This document shows, piece after piece, positions 1 to 9,383 of a stretch of DNA of 64,000 bases (within the stretch, counting starts at the first letter, position 1; every line of letters begins with the position of its first letter). A model generated the notes under the pieces. That model ran no database searches, had not been told where the DNA came from, and was given only the letters and a program-made list of their open reading frames with translations. The position numbers were made by a program, and so were the translations under genes. The stretch lies in the IMG/VR virus record IMGVR_UViG_3300036769_000253; one strand, given 5' to 3'. The stretch is from a virus (lineage: Duplodnaviria > Heunggongvirae > Uroviricota > Caudoviricetes).

Positions 1-537
1 GAACTTGACCAGGATGAAAAAAATCGTAGCACTTTTGATGTTGATATGTTAATTACTAATGTAGTTAGACTTGATGCAGATGAAGAAAGAAATATTCCAG
101 AGAGATGTGCAGTTAAAGGAGCTATCTTCGATTTTAGAGGATCTCTTCTTCCAGTAGAGTTTAGTGCAGTAAATTCTAACGCGATGGATTATTTTGAAGG
201 ACTTGGCGCTTCTGCTAAAGAGCCGGTATTTACCAAGATTTGGGGTCGTCAGGTATCTGGAACTACAACAAGAACAGTAACTGAAGAGTCTGCATTTGGT
301 GATGACGTTGTACGTGAGATCAAATCTACGAGAAGAGATTTTGTAATCACTGGTGCGGCAAAGACTCCATATTTATGGGATGAAGCTGATACAATTACGG
401 CTGCTGAATTAACAGAAGCTATGGCGAATAGAGAGACAATGCTTGCGGCTTTGAAACAGCGTCAGGAAGAGTATAAAGCTTCTAAGGGTCAGGCAACTGC
501 GCAGACAGCTCCGGCACAGGGTGCTTTTAATTTCTAA
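1..537 (+). CDS. ssb: Single-stranded DNA-binding protein, 5'-truncated by the window edge
   Basis: Frame is open from base 1 (ELDQDEKNRSTFDVDMLIT...). Ends in an A/Q/T-rich linker and an aromatic tail (QGAFNF) and lies directly before a Sak4-like ATPase, the usual phage ssb context. Confidence 0.6.
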   Translation, partial: ELDQDEKNRSTFDVDMLITNVVRLDADEERNIPERCAVKGAIFDFRGSLLPVEFSAVNSNAMDYFEGLGASAKEPVFTKIWGRQVSGTTTRTVTEESAFGDDVVREIKSTRRDFVITGAAKTPYLWDEADTITAAELTEAMANRETMLAALKQRQEEYKASKGQATAQTAPAQGAFNF

Positions 538-545
538 TTATTCAT

Positions 546-565
546 TCTCCCCTATTAAGGGGAGA
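546..565 (+). terminator. Stem-loop after ssb (weak terminator or processing stem)
   Basis: TCTCCCCT-atta-AGGGGAGA perfect 8-bp stem; no real U tract. Confidence 0.35.
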
Positions 566-632
566 TTGACTGACTAATAAAACATTTAATTAAAAAATAA
601 GAGTAAAGATATATTAAAGGAGATTATTTAAC

Positions 633-1625
633 ATGGGAAATTCATTACTAGATATTAAGCCACATCAGGTCAGTCGAGATTTACGTGGATATTCAGTTTT
701 GTTCTATGGAACGCCAAAATCTGGAAAAACCACTATTGCAAGTAAATTCCCTGGCGCACTTGTACTTGCATTTGAAAAAGGATATAGCGCAATTCCTGGC
801 ATCATGGCAAAACCAATGAATAACTGGGGAGATTTTAAGAAAGCTCTTTCTGAATTAAAGGATCCCGCAGTAAAAGAAATTTTTCAAACAGTTGTAATTG
901 ATACTGCTGATATTGCTTATGGATATTGTGAAAAATATATTTGTAGTAGAGAATCTACTGCAAAAGATTCATATGAGAATATTGCAGATATTCCTTATGG
1001 AAAAGGATATAAATTAACTCAGAATGAATTTGATGAATGTATTCGTAGAATCCTTCAAATGGATTACGGTCTAGTTCTTATCAGTCATTCTCAGGATAAG
1101 ACTTTTAAAGATGAAAAAGGTGTTGAGTATAATCAGATTGTTCCAACTCTTGATAATAAAGCAAGAACAATTTGTGAAAGAACATGTGATATTATTGGTT
1201 ATTCTCATTTAGTAGAAGATGAAAATGGCAATTCTACTACAAAACTTTTTATGAGAGGAACTCCAAGATTTGTTGCAGGATCTCGTTTTAAATATACTCC
1301 GCCAGTAATTGATTTTACATATGAAAATCTTGTAAAAGCAATTAGTGATGCGATTGATGAAGAGGAAAAACATCATGGAGCGCAGTTTATTACAGACTCT
1401 AGAGATGAAGCAATTCATTCAGAAGCTCCAGAATATGATTTTCCGGCAATGATGGAAGAATTTCAGACACTTGTTGGTAAGCTTATGGCTGCTAATCAGT
1501 CTAATTCTACAAAGATCACTCAGATTGTAGAAACATATCTGGGAAAAGGTAAGAAAGTTGGAGATTGTACTGCTGAGCAGGCTGCGCAGCTTGATATGAT
1601 TCTCTTTGACCTTAAGAAACTTTGA
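633..1625 (+). CDS. AAA-type ATPase, Sak4-like ssDNA-annealing/recombination protein
   Basis: Walker A GTPKSGKTT, Walker B VVIDT, YGKGY and CDIIGY motifs typical of phage Sak4/AAA_24 proteins; adjacent to ssb. Confidence 0.75.
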   Translation: MGNSLLDIKPHQVSRDLRGYSVLFYGTPKSGKTTIASKFPGALVLAFEKGYSAIPGIMAKPMNNWGDFKKALSELKDPAVKEIFQTVVIDTADIAYGYCEKYICSRESTAKDSYENIADIPYGKGYKLTQNEFDECIRRILQMDYGLVLISHSQDKTFKDEKGVEYNQIVPTLDNKARTICERTCDIIGYSHLVEDENGNSTTKLFMRGTPRFVAGSRFKYTPPVIDFTYENLVKAISDAIDEEEKHHGAQFITDSRDEAIHSEAPEYDFPAMMEEFQTLVGKLMAANQSNSTKITQIVETYLGKGKKVGDCTAEQAAQLDMILFDLKKL

Positions 1626-1627
1626 TT

Positions 1628-1735
1628 AAAGCCTTAGAAGTAGCAATGGCTGTGAGTAGGAGAACCGCTGTGCAAGTATCGTCATTCAGAAGGTCGAGAA
1701 AAGATGTATCCGAAAGCCTAAGGTTCATATAGACT
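1628..1735 (+). ncRNA. Candidate structured non-coding RNA
   Basis: ORF-free; about 45% GC (58/130 counted over 1631-1760) in an AT-rich genome; several complementary segments; followed by a strong terminator. No family recognised. Confidence 0.3.
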
Positions 1736-1762
1736 AGAAGCGGAAGAAATTCCGCTTCTTTT
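1736..1762 (+). terminator. Intrinsic terminator
   Basis: AGAAGCGGAA-gaaa-TTCCGCTTCT perfect 10-bp stem with GNRA loop, followed by a T-rich tract. Confidence 0.85.
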
Positions 1763-1789
1763 GATTTTTATTAAAAAATATGGTATAAT
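1761..1789 (+). promoter_or_regulatory. Sigma-A/70-type promoter with extended -10
   Basis: TTGATT (1761-1766), 17-bp spacer, TG-n-TATAAT (-10 at 1784-1789), just upstream of the RBS of 1821. Confidence 0.8.
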
Positions 1790-1820
1790 ATTTATATAAG
1801 GTAAAGAAAGGAGTGCTTAA

Positions 1821-2339
1821 ATGGCTCATATCGTTACCTGTGTATATTGTAAAAAGAAGTTTGATAGGGATAAATATCCAACTATAAAAGTATCAAATAT
1901 GCGATATGCACATAAAGAATGTGCTGAAACTGAAGGAGAAAAATTAAAGAAAGAAGAAGCTGATAAGCTTGAATTAGAGAATTATATAATGCAGTTATTT
2001 AAAGAAGACTATATAAGTCCTAGGATAAGAAAACAGATTAATACTTTTATTGAAACTTATCATTATTCATATTCAGGTATTAAAAAAGCTTTAATTTATT
2101 TCCATGAGGTAAAAGGCAATTCTATTGAAAAATCAAATGGCGGTATAGGTATTGTTCCTTATGTTTATAAGGATGCTTTCAATTATTATTATTCTATTTG
2201 GGAAGCTCAACAAAAGAATGATAAGATAAAGATAGAGGATTATGTACCTCACGAAAAAGTAATTTCTATTCCCTCACCGCAAAAGAATGTAAAAAAAAGA
2301 AAGTTATTTTCTTTTTTAGATGAGGAGGAAGAAGTTTAA
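1821..2339 (+). CDS. Zn-binding protein, possible helicase loader/accessory factor
   Basis: N-terminal CxxC...HxxC motif; strong RBS; stop overlaps the dnaB start. Function inferred from position only. Confidence 0.4.
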   Translation: MAHIVTCVYCKKKFDRDKYPTIKVSNMRYAHKECAETEGEKLKKEEADKLELENYIMQLFKEDYISPRIRKQINTFIETYHYSYSGIKKALIYFHEVKGNSIEKSNGGIGIVPYVYKDAFNYYYSIWEAQQKNDKIKIEDYVPHEKVISIPSPQKNVKKRKLFSFLDEEEEV

Positions 2340-3868
2340 TGGCATCAAAGTATGTAGATTCTACATCAATTATGCAAGTTATTGGTTGTGTTTTCAATCG
2401 ACCTCAACTTTTAGATTTTACAGATAAATACACAATAGTGGATGAAGATTTTCCAGATGAATTTCATAGATTAGTTTTTGGGGCAATTTATAAGATTCAT
2501 GAATTAGGCGCAAATGAAATCCATCTTGAAACAATTTCAGATTTTTTATCAACAAGACCAAAGAGTTTAGCTTTATATCAGACTCAAAAAGGAGAAGAAT
2601 GGCTATTAAAAGTAGCTGATTCAGCGACTCAAGCAACATTTGATTATTATTATAATCGTTTAAAGAAAATGACTCTGTTAAGAGCATATGATAATTTTGG
2701 CGTTGATGTTTCTGATATATATGATCCAGATAATATTTTGGATGTAAAAAAGAAGCAACTCCAAGAGGATCAATTAGATAATTCTACATTGGAAGAAATA
2801 GCTGATAAAGTTGATAATAAAATTGCTGAAATTAGATTAAAATATGTAGATGATGTTGATGGAGAAGCTGCGCAAGCAGGAGAAGGAATTTTTGATTTAA
2901 TTGCAAAATTTAAAGAGCATCCAGAAGTAGGAGTTCCATTATATGGACCTCTTATTAATACAGTTACTCGTGGCGCAAGATTAAAAAAGTTTTATCTTAG
3001 ATCTGCGGCTACTGGAGTTGGTAAGACTAGATCAATGATTGCGGATGCATGTTATATTGCATGTAATCAGATTTATGATGATAATTTTGGTTGGATTAAA
3101 AATGGAACTTGCGAGCCAGTTTTATTTATTACAACTGAGCAGGAACTTGAAGAAATTCAAACAATGATGTTGGCATTTTTATCGTCAGTTAATGAAGAAC
3201 ATATCCTTAATGGAGAATATGAAGGCGATGAAGAAGATCGCGTAATGAAAGCCGCACAAATTTTAAGTGAAAGTCCTTTATATATTGAAGAACTTCCAGA
3301 TTTTTCTTTAAAAGACGTTGAAGATAAAATTAAGAAAAATTTGCGTGACCATGATGTTAAATATGTTTTTCACGATTATATTCATACTAGTTTGAAGATT
3401 CTTGAAGAAATCACAAGAAGAAGTGGTGGAATCAAATTAAGAGAAGATAATATTTTGTTTATGTTATCAACTCGATTGAAAGATTTATGTAATAAATATG
3501 GCATTTTTATTATGTCAGCAACGCAGTTAAATGGCGACTATCAAGATGCTAAGACTCCAGATCAGAATTTACTTCGAGGCGCAAAAGCTATCGCAGATAA
3601 AGTTGATTATGGTTCAATTCTTTTAAATGTTAAAGATGAAGATCTTGAAGCGCTTGATCCAATATTGTCAACAAACTTATTTGAAAGACCAACAATTAAA
3701 ATGTCTATTTATAAGAACAGACGAGGAAGATATAAAGGAGTTATTTTATGGTGCAAAGCTGATTTAGGCTGTTGCAGAATAATTCCAATGTTTTGTACAA
3801 CATATGCTTATGAAATGGTAAGTATAGATAATGTGAAAATTATTGTTGAAGAGGAATCTGCATTTTAG
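2339..3868 (+). CDS. dnaB: Replicative DnaB-family (SF4) helicase
   Basis: Walker A SAATGVGKT, FHDYIH, ATQLN and LRGAKAIADKVD motifs (SF4 H1-H4). Confidence 0.9.
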   Translation: MASKYVDSTSIMQVIGCVFNRPQLLDFTDKYTIVDEDFPDEFHRLVFGAIYKIHELGANEIHLETISDFLSTRPKSLALYQTQKGEEWLLKVADSATQATFDYYYNRLKKMTLLRAYDNFGVDVSDIYDPDNILDVKKKQLQEDQLDNSTLEEIADKVDNKIAEIRLKYVDDVDGEAAQAGEGIFDLIAKFKEHPEVGVPLYGPLINTVTRGARLKKFYLRSAATGVGKTRSMIADACYIACNQIYDDNFGWIKNGTCEPVLFITTEQELEEIQTMMLAFLSSVNEEHILNGEYEGDEEDRVMKAAQILSESPLYIEELPDFSLKDVEDKIKKNLRDHDVKYVFHDYIHTSLKILEEITRRSGGIKLREDNILFMLSTRLKDLCNKYGIFIMSATQLNGDYQDAKTPDQNLLRGAKAIADKVDYGSILLNVKDEDLEALDPILSTNLFERPTIKMSIYKNRRGRYKGVILWCKADLGCCRIIPMFCTTYAYEMVSIDNVKIIVEEESAF

Positions 3869-3915
3869 ATTTCTTAAATAATTTTAAATAAAAAGATTAA
3901 GAGGAGATAATTATT

Positions 3916-4179
3916 ATGGCAGAGAAAACAACTAAAAAGAAAACAAACAAAGTAAATAAGAAAACTAAAGGTGTAGGTTTCAAACAGGTAGTTACTCCAG
4001 TAGACACTTGTGAAAAGGTTGGCGCTTGTGAGTATAAGATGCCTAAAGCAATCGCAAGAGATTATCTTAAAGGAAGAAAAGGTGCTGAAGAAAGAATGGA
4101 TGCACAGGCTTATCTCTGCTGGATTGTAAATGACCAGTTTGGTCTAAAAGAGAAATGTGTTAAAGTTATCATCGGATAA
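3916..4179 (+). CDS. Hypothetical protein, Lys-rich N-terminus
   Basis: Good RBS (GAGGAG); 87 aa within the replication operon. Confidence 0.7.
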   Translation: MAEKTTKKKTNKVNKKTKGVGFKQVVTPVDTCEKVGACEYKMPKAIARDYLKGRKGAEERMDAQAYLCWIVNDQFGLKEKCVKVIIG

Positions 4180-4207
4180 ATCTTATTAAGAAAGATAGGA
4201 TGAATAA

Positions 4208-4975
4208 ATGATAAATTATGATAAAGCAGAAATTCGAGATAGTTTAGTTATTGAGAATATTTTTGATTTATTACAAGAGTGGGGAGGGGATCCTGAATAT
4301 ACATCATTCGGGATCCTTTCATCTACAATTTGTCATAATCAACCAGGAGAAGGAAGTCGAAAATTGTATTATTATGAAAATAGTGGATTATTTCGATGTT
4401 ATACTGGTTGTGATAGTTATTTTGATATATTTGAATTAACTAGGAAAATAGCAAAGATTCAGCATGAAATTGAATTTGATTTAAACGATGCAGTCAGATG
4501 GATTGCCGGTAAATTCGGAATCATGGGCGAAGTTGTTGATTCAATGAATGACAATGGACTTGCGGATTGGAGCTATTTAGATAATTATAAAAGAATTCAA
4601 GATATTGATTTAAAAAAGAAAGATAATGTTATTCTAAAAGAATACAACAGTGAAATCTTAGATAGATTTAATTATTCTTTAAAAATCGAGCCTTGGTTAA
4701 AAGAAGGAATTTCTCAGGAAGCCATTAACCAAGCTTTAATTGGTTTTTATCCAGGAGGCGATCAAATAACAATTCCTCATTTTGATAAAGATGGAAGATT
4801 TGTAGGATTGCGCGGTCGAACACTTTGTAAGGAAGAAGCTGATATTTTTGGTAAATATCGCCCGTTAAAAGTTAATCGAATTATGTATAATCATCCTCTT
4901 GGAATGAATCTGTATAATTTTAATTTTAGTAAAAATCAAATCAATCAAATTAAAAAAGCTATTATTTTTGAGGGT
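4208..4975 (+). CDS. dnaG: DNA primase, exon 1
   Basis: Zn-finger-like ICHN...CYTGC, RNA-polymerase-domain motifs (ITIPH, GLRGR) and the start of TOPRIM (AIIFEG); the frame is interrupted by a group I intron after GGT at 4975. Confidence 0.85.
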
Positions 4976-6012
4976 AAAAGTTAGTGTTTCGCCCTAGTCT
5001 GCTTTTCCGTTTATCAGCGGGGTATATATACGCCAAAAAAATGGTATATATGCTAACGGGGGAGCCTAAATTGAAAAATAAGGTGGTCCCGTGGGAAAAT
5101 TTGTTTAAACAATAAGGATCTCTTTTCATAGTAAAGATGAAAAAAGGAGGTCTTACTATAAATGATTGACAATGTTATTTATGCCTATAGAAAAAAATCA
5201 AATAATAAAATTGTATATGTTGGTCAAACAGAAAATTTAAAAGAAAGGCATAAAAGACATATACAATATGACCCTTTCGATATTTCACTTAAAGAATATA
5301 ATTATCCTTTAAGCAGAGGAATTAGAAAATATGGAGAAGATGAATACGAATTAATTATTTTAGAAAGAAATCTCTTAAAAGAAGAATTAAATGATAAAGA
5401 AAAATATTGGATTGCATATTATAACACTTATTATGATGGATATAACCAAACAACTGGCGGCGCAAATCCAATTAGGCCAGTATTTACTGAAGATAAAATA
5501 GATATAGTTATTGAAATGTTGAAAGATGAAAGTTATTCTTACAATGATATAATGAATAAAACAGGAATTTCAATGACACATATTTATAATATAAATACTG
5601 GTAAACGAAGGAAAAGAGATAATTTAATTTATCCTATTCGATCTTCAAATATGAAAGGTACAAAAGGATTACGTTTTTCTCAAGAAGAATGTAAAAAAAT
5701 CCATGAGGAAATTTTAAAGAATGATAAAACTTTTATTGAAATTTCTAAGCAATTTAATTGTTCATCTTCAACTATAATGGATATTAATCGTGGAAAAACT
5801 AAAGCCTATAGATTAAAAGGATATATATATCCATTAAGAACAAAATCTCGTTCTATAAGTAAAAGAGTTTATTGGAAAAACAAATAAGCCTGTATCGACT
5901 ATTCCGGTAAAGGAAGTAGAGAATTTATTGATACAATTCTCAAAACGGCAGCAATTATATATTTATAATTGGAAGAGATAGTCAGTACTTGAAGAAATTC
6001 AAGATTCATATG
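4976..6012 (+). mobile_element. Group I intron (1037 nt) carrying a GIY-YIG homing endonuclease
   Basis: P1 AGGGU/GCCCU with U-G at the splice site; P10 GAAA/UUUC; P7 GACUA(5897-5901)/UAGUC(5979-5983); P9 CUUGAA-GAAA-UUCAAG; terminal G at 6012. Splicing restores FEG|EKSTLLY. Confidence 0.9.
5162..5887 (+). CDS. Intron-encoded GIY-YIG homing endonuclease
   Basis: VIYAYR...YVGQT..LKER..RH and E..WI...NT...GYN motifs; two C-terminal HTH-like repeats ending YP(I/L)R. Confidence 0.9.
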   Translation: MIDNVIYAYRKKSNNKIVYVGQTENLKERHKRHIQYDPFDISLKEYNYPLSRGIRKYGEDEYELIILERNLLKEELNDKEKYWIAYYNTYYDGYNQTTGGANPIRPVFTEDKIDIVIEMLKDESYSYNDIMNKTGISMTHIYNINTGKRRKRDNLIYPIRSSNMKGTKGLRFSQEECKKIHEEILKNDKTFIEISKQFNCSSSTIMDINRGKTKAYRLKGYIYPLRTKSRSISKRVYWKNK

Positions 6013-6351
6013 GAAAAAAGTACACTTCTATATAAAAGTTATTTTGGTTTAGAAAATGATATATCTGTAGCATGTTGTGGTTCAAGTGTTTCTTCTTATC
6101 AAATTGAATTATTAATTGGGGCTGGCGCAACTGAAATTATAGTTGCTTTTGATAGGCAGTTTCAAGAGATTGGAGATAAAGAGTTTCAGCATTTAAAAAG
6201 TAATTTGATAAGATTAAGAAATAAATATAAAAATTATGTAACGATTTCTTTTATTTTTGATAAAAATATGATTACTGGATATAAAGACTCTCCAGTTGAT
6301 TGTGGAAAAGAAATATTTTTACAACTATTTAAAGAAAGGATTGTATTATGA
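6013..6351 (+). CDS. dnaG: DNA primase, exon 2 (TOPRIM C-terminal part)
   Basis: EKSTLLY...VACCGS...IIVAFDRQF completes TOPRIM; the spliced product is 368 aa. Confidence 0.85.
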   Translation, partial: EKSTLLYKSYFGLENDISVACCGSSVSSYQIELLIGAGATEIIVAFDRQFQEIGDKEFQHLKSNLIRLRNKYKNYVTISFIFDKNMITGYKDSPVDCGKEIFLQLFKERIVL

Positions 6352-6650
6352 CAAGAGGTGGAATTTGGTGGGATAAAGATCGAGATGCCGCAATAGACTA
6401 TCTTCATTTTATTGAAAGACGATATAATGAAAATAGAATTAAAGTAATTCGTACTAAAATTTCATTATACGACACTTATACGGAATTTGAAAATGGTGAT
6501 ATTTGGAGGGTTATTAAAGCAGTAAATAGTGCAAGGGGATATGCTTATAATCAATCAGCTATTGAACTTAATATGCCAGAAGAATTAATTCATTGTATTA
6601 TTAAACCTTGTACAAAACTTCCCCCATATAAAGTTTATACTTATTTTTAA
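6348..6650 (+). CDS. Hypothetical protein
   Basis: ATGA-type overlap with the primase stop; RBS present. Confidence 0.65.
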   Translation: MTRGGIWWDKDRDAAIDYLHFIERRYNENRIKVIRTKISLYDTYTEFENGDIWRVIKAVNSARGYAYNQSAIELNMPEELIHCIIKPCTKLPPYKVYTYF

Positions 6651-6658
6651 GGAGATAT

Positions 6659-6853
6659 ATGGATACTAATATTTATCAATACAGAAAAAAGCATAAAAGA
6701 TGTAAATTTTGTAAATATTATAATAAATATTTGAGAGATATTGGAATGACTTATTATACTTTTACAAATTGTAAATTAAAAGATAAGCATATTAATGAAA
6801 GCAATATTTTTTCTTCAATATTTTGTAAATATTATGAAGTAAAACAAGATTAA
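6659..6853 (+). CDS. Small Cys-containing hypothetical protein
   Basis: CxxC...C...C pattern; AAGGAG RBS. Confidence 0.6.
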   Translation: MDTNIYQYRKKHKRCKFCKYYNKYLRDIGMTYYTFTNCKLKDKHINESNIFSSIFCKYYEVKQD

Positions 6854-6914
6854 AAAGGAGTGGTTTTATTAAAGATTTAAAGAGGTGTTCGATATGAAAG
6901 GAGGTTGATTTCAT

Positions 6915-8678
6915 TTGGATTATCAACTAATATCACCAGTTCTCCCAGATAAAAATATGACAGTGGTTGAGACGGTGTTTTCAAATAGGGGCATTGATCC
7001 TCAAAATATCGAACATTATTTACATACAACAGATGAAGATATTTGCGATCCAAAATTGATTATGAATATTCAACAAGGCGCGCAAATGTTAGTTAAACAC
7101 ATTTCACAAAAAGATTTAATATTCTTTCAAGTGGATAGCGATTGTGATGGTTTTACTTCATCGGCAATACTAATTAATTATTTAAATTGTTTATTTCCAG
7201 GGTATGCGCAAAATAATATTTTATATCGTATTCATACTGGAAAACAGCATGGTATTATTCCTAATACAATTCCAGAAGGAGTTAAATTAGTAATAGCGCC
7301 AGACTCTTCTTCAAACGATTATGAAGAACATAAACTTTTAAGAGCTAAAGGAATTGACGTTTTAGTTATTGATCATCATGAAGCTGAAAAAATTTCAGAA
7401 AATGCTTGTATTGTTAATAATCAGCTTTGTGATTATCCAACAAAATCATTATCCGGCGCAGGAATGGTTTACAAATTTTGTTCTTATATTGATGAAATAT
7501 TAGGAACTAAAGAAGCTGATAATTTTCTTGATTTGGCTGCTCTTGGAATGATAGCAGATATGATGGATTTAAGAGACTATGAAACTAAACGATTAATTGA
7601 TAAAGGTCTTGCAAGTATAAGAAATCCTTTTTTTAAACAGATGATTCAAGTTCAGAATTTTTCAATTAACAAGCATGGCGGTTTGGATCCATTCGCAATT
7701 AGTTTCTACATTGCTCCACAAGTAAATGGAACTATTAGGATGGGTAATTCTGCTGAAAAAATGACTTTATTTGAATCGATGCTTGATTTTAAAGCATATG
7801 AACAGATTCCATCTACAAAGCGTGGATGTAAAGGGCAAATGGAAACTAGGGTTGAACAAGCTTGTCGAAATTGTGTGAATATTAAAAATCGTCAACAAAA
7901 AGCAAGAGATAATAGTTTAACCGCTCTCGAAAGTATTATTGAAGAAGATAATCTTTTAAATCATAAGTTTTTGATTATAAAAATAAAACCTGAATATCAT
8001 GTTGATAAAAACCTTACAGGTTTAATAGCGAATCAACTTATGGCTAAATACCAAAGACCAGTACTATTATTAAATAAAGTTGTTAATGAAAATGGAGATA
8101 TAACTTGGGAAGGTTCTGGAAGAGGATATGATAAATCTGCTTTTAAGAATTTTAAAGAATATCTAAATCAAACTGGTTTGGTTATGTACGCAGAAGGTCA
8201 TGCTTCTGCTTTTGGAGTTGGAGTTACTAATCAAAATTTTGATAAATTAGTTTATCGTTCTGATTTTGATTTAGATGAATTTGAATTTTCTCCAAGCTAT
8301 AATGTAGATATGATTTATCATGGATCAAATTTTAATGGTAAAGATATTATAGATATAGCTAATTTAAAATCAGTTTGGGGTCAAGGTATTGAAGAGCCTT
8401 TAATTGCTATAACAGGAGTAAATATTACTTCTCAGAATATTATTTTGATGTCTAAAGATAAAAACCCTACATTAAAAATTGTTTTATCTAATGGGGTTGA
8501 ATTAATCAGTTTTAAATCTTCAGAAGAAGAATTTCAAAAACTCTGTCCAGAAGGAAATGGTTGTACTACTATTTCTTTAGTTGGTAAATGCGAACAGAAT
8601 TATTGGGGAGGAAAAACAACTCCGCAAATTCTAATTGAAGAGTATGAAATTGATGGGCAAAGTAAATATTATTTTTAG
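6915..8678 (+). CDS. recJ: RecJ-like ssDNA exonuclease (DHH/DHHA1)
   Basis: DSDCDG, IDHHE, GMIADMMDL, GSGRG and GHASAFG motifs; TTG start after AAAGGAGG. Confidence 0.9.
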   Translation: MDYQLISPVLPDKNMTVVETVFSNRGIDPQNIEHYLHTTDEDICDPKLIMNIQQGAQMLVKHISQKDLIFFQVDSDCDGFTSSAILINYLNCLFPGYAQNNILYRIHTGKQHGIIPNTIPEGVKLVIAPDSSSNDYEEHKLLRAKGIDVLVIDHHEAEKISENACIVNNQLCDYPTKSLSGAGMVYKFCSYIDEILGTKEADNFLDLAALGMIADMMDLRDYETKRLIDKGLASIRNPFFKQMIQVQNFSINKHGGLDPFAISFYIAPQVNGTIRMGNSAEKMTLFESMLDFKAYEQIPSTKRGCKGQMETRVEQACRNCVNIKNRQQKARDNSLTALESIIEEDNLLNHKFLIIKIKPEYHVDKNLTGLIANQLMAKYQRPVLLLNKVVNENGDITWEGSGRGYDKSAFKNFKEYLNQTGLVMYAEGHASAFGVGVTNQNFDKLVYRSDFDLDEFEFSPSYNVDMIYHGSNFNGKDIIDIANLKSVWGQGIEEPLIAITGVNITSQNIILMSKDKNPTLKIVLSNGVELISFKSSEEEFQKLCPEGNGCTTISLVGKCEQNYWGGKTTPQILIEEYEIDGQSKYYF

Positions 8679-8727
8679 TTTATAAAGACTATTTATAGTC
8701 TTTAATAATTATATAAGGAGGAGAATA

Positions 8728-8979
8728 ATGTTATATATTAATTCTCAAAACACCAATTTTGAAGCTGATTCAAGAACTACTGATGGAGTTCAGTTAGCAC
8801 ATTTTTCAGCTAGTATTTCTAAAGCTAATGCATCTTTTTCTTTATTTATTGAAGATGTATCTCATGCTTCAGATAGTCAGATTGATGAAGATTTTATTGA
8901 GTTTAAGAAAGAAGCTTTAGGCTTTTATGCTAAAACTCCAGAAGTAACTATTACGTCTGATGCTTCATCTAATGATTAA
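8728..8979 (+). CDS. Small acidic hypothetical protein
   Basis: Strong RBS AAGGAGGAG; flanked by an upstream palindrome and a downstream hairpin. Confidence 0.7.
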   Translation: MLYINSQNTNFEADSRTTDGVQLAHFSASISKANASFSLFIEDVSHASDSQIDEDFIEFKKEALGFYAKTPEVTITSDASSND

Positions 8980-9002
8980 TTTATTTTAATCCAATATCTA
9001 AA

Positions 9003-9025
9003 GGGCTAGAGAGATTCTCTAGCCT
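9003..9025. terminator. Stem-loop downstream of 8728-8979
   Basis: GGCTAGAGA-gat-TCTCTAGCC 9-bp stem; weak U tract. Confidence 0.45.
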
Positions 9026-9053
9026 AATAGATATATTTAAAGGAGCGATATAT

Positions 9054-9380
9054 ATGAAAGATACTACTGTAGGTGAATTATTAAATTCATATTTAACATG
9101 TGGAATTTCTTTTAATGAAATGATAAATGCTATATCAAGGCTTGCAGATAATGCCATTGCGGCAGAAGCCTTTACAGATACATTATGTAAGACCTTTTCA
9201 AAGATGGGATACTTAGAACAAGAGATCACAGAACAGAACCGGCCGGAGACAAGTGAAAAGACCGAAAACCCAAATCAAAAAATGGATTTAGAAATTTTTG
9301 AACCAAATGTTGGGCATATAGATTTTATAGAATTTGAAGACAATCCATTTTGTGATGGAATTATTTTTACGGAGGAATAA
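9054..9380 (+). CDS. Hypothetical protein
   Basis: RBS AAGGAG; 108 aa; no motif recognised. Confidence 0.6.
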   Translation: MKDTTVGELLNSYLTCGISFNEMINAISRLADNAIAAEAFTDTLCKTFSKMGYLEQEITEQNRPETSEKTENPNQKMDLEIFEPNVGHIDFIEFEDNPFCDGIIFTEE

Positions 9381-9383
9381 AAA

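Noticed and set aside
1628-1735. Known self-cleaving ribozyme (hammerhead, pistol, HDV/theta)
   Set aside because: Catalytic-core consensus elements could not be placed; kept only as an unclassified candidate RNA.
5091-5100. TGGGAAAA and GTGACAAA (about 16799) as extra copies of the candidate late-promoter motif upstream of the endonucleases
   Set aside because: Both overlap conserved group I core sequence (CCCGUGG/CUCGUGA), so the resemblance may be coincidental; not counted as support.
5989-6351. Stand-alone 120-aa ORF with TTG start
   Set aside because: The first eight codons are intron sequence (P9 region); it is primase exon 2 from 6013.
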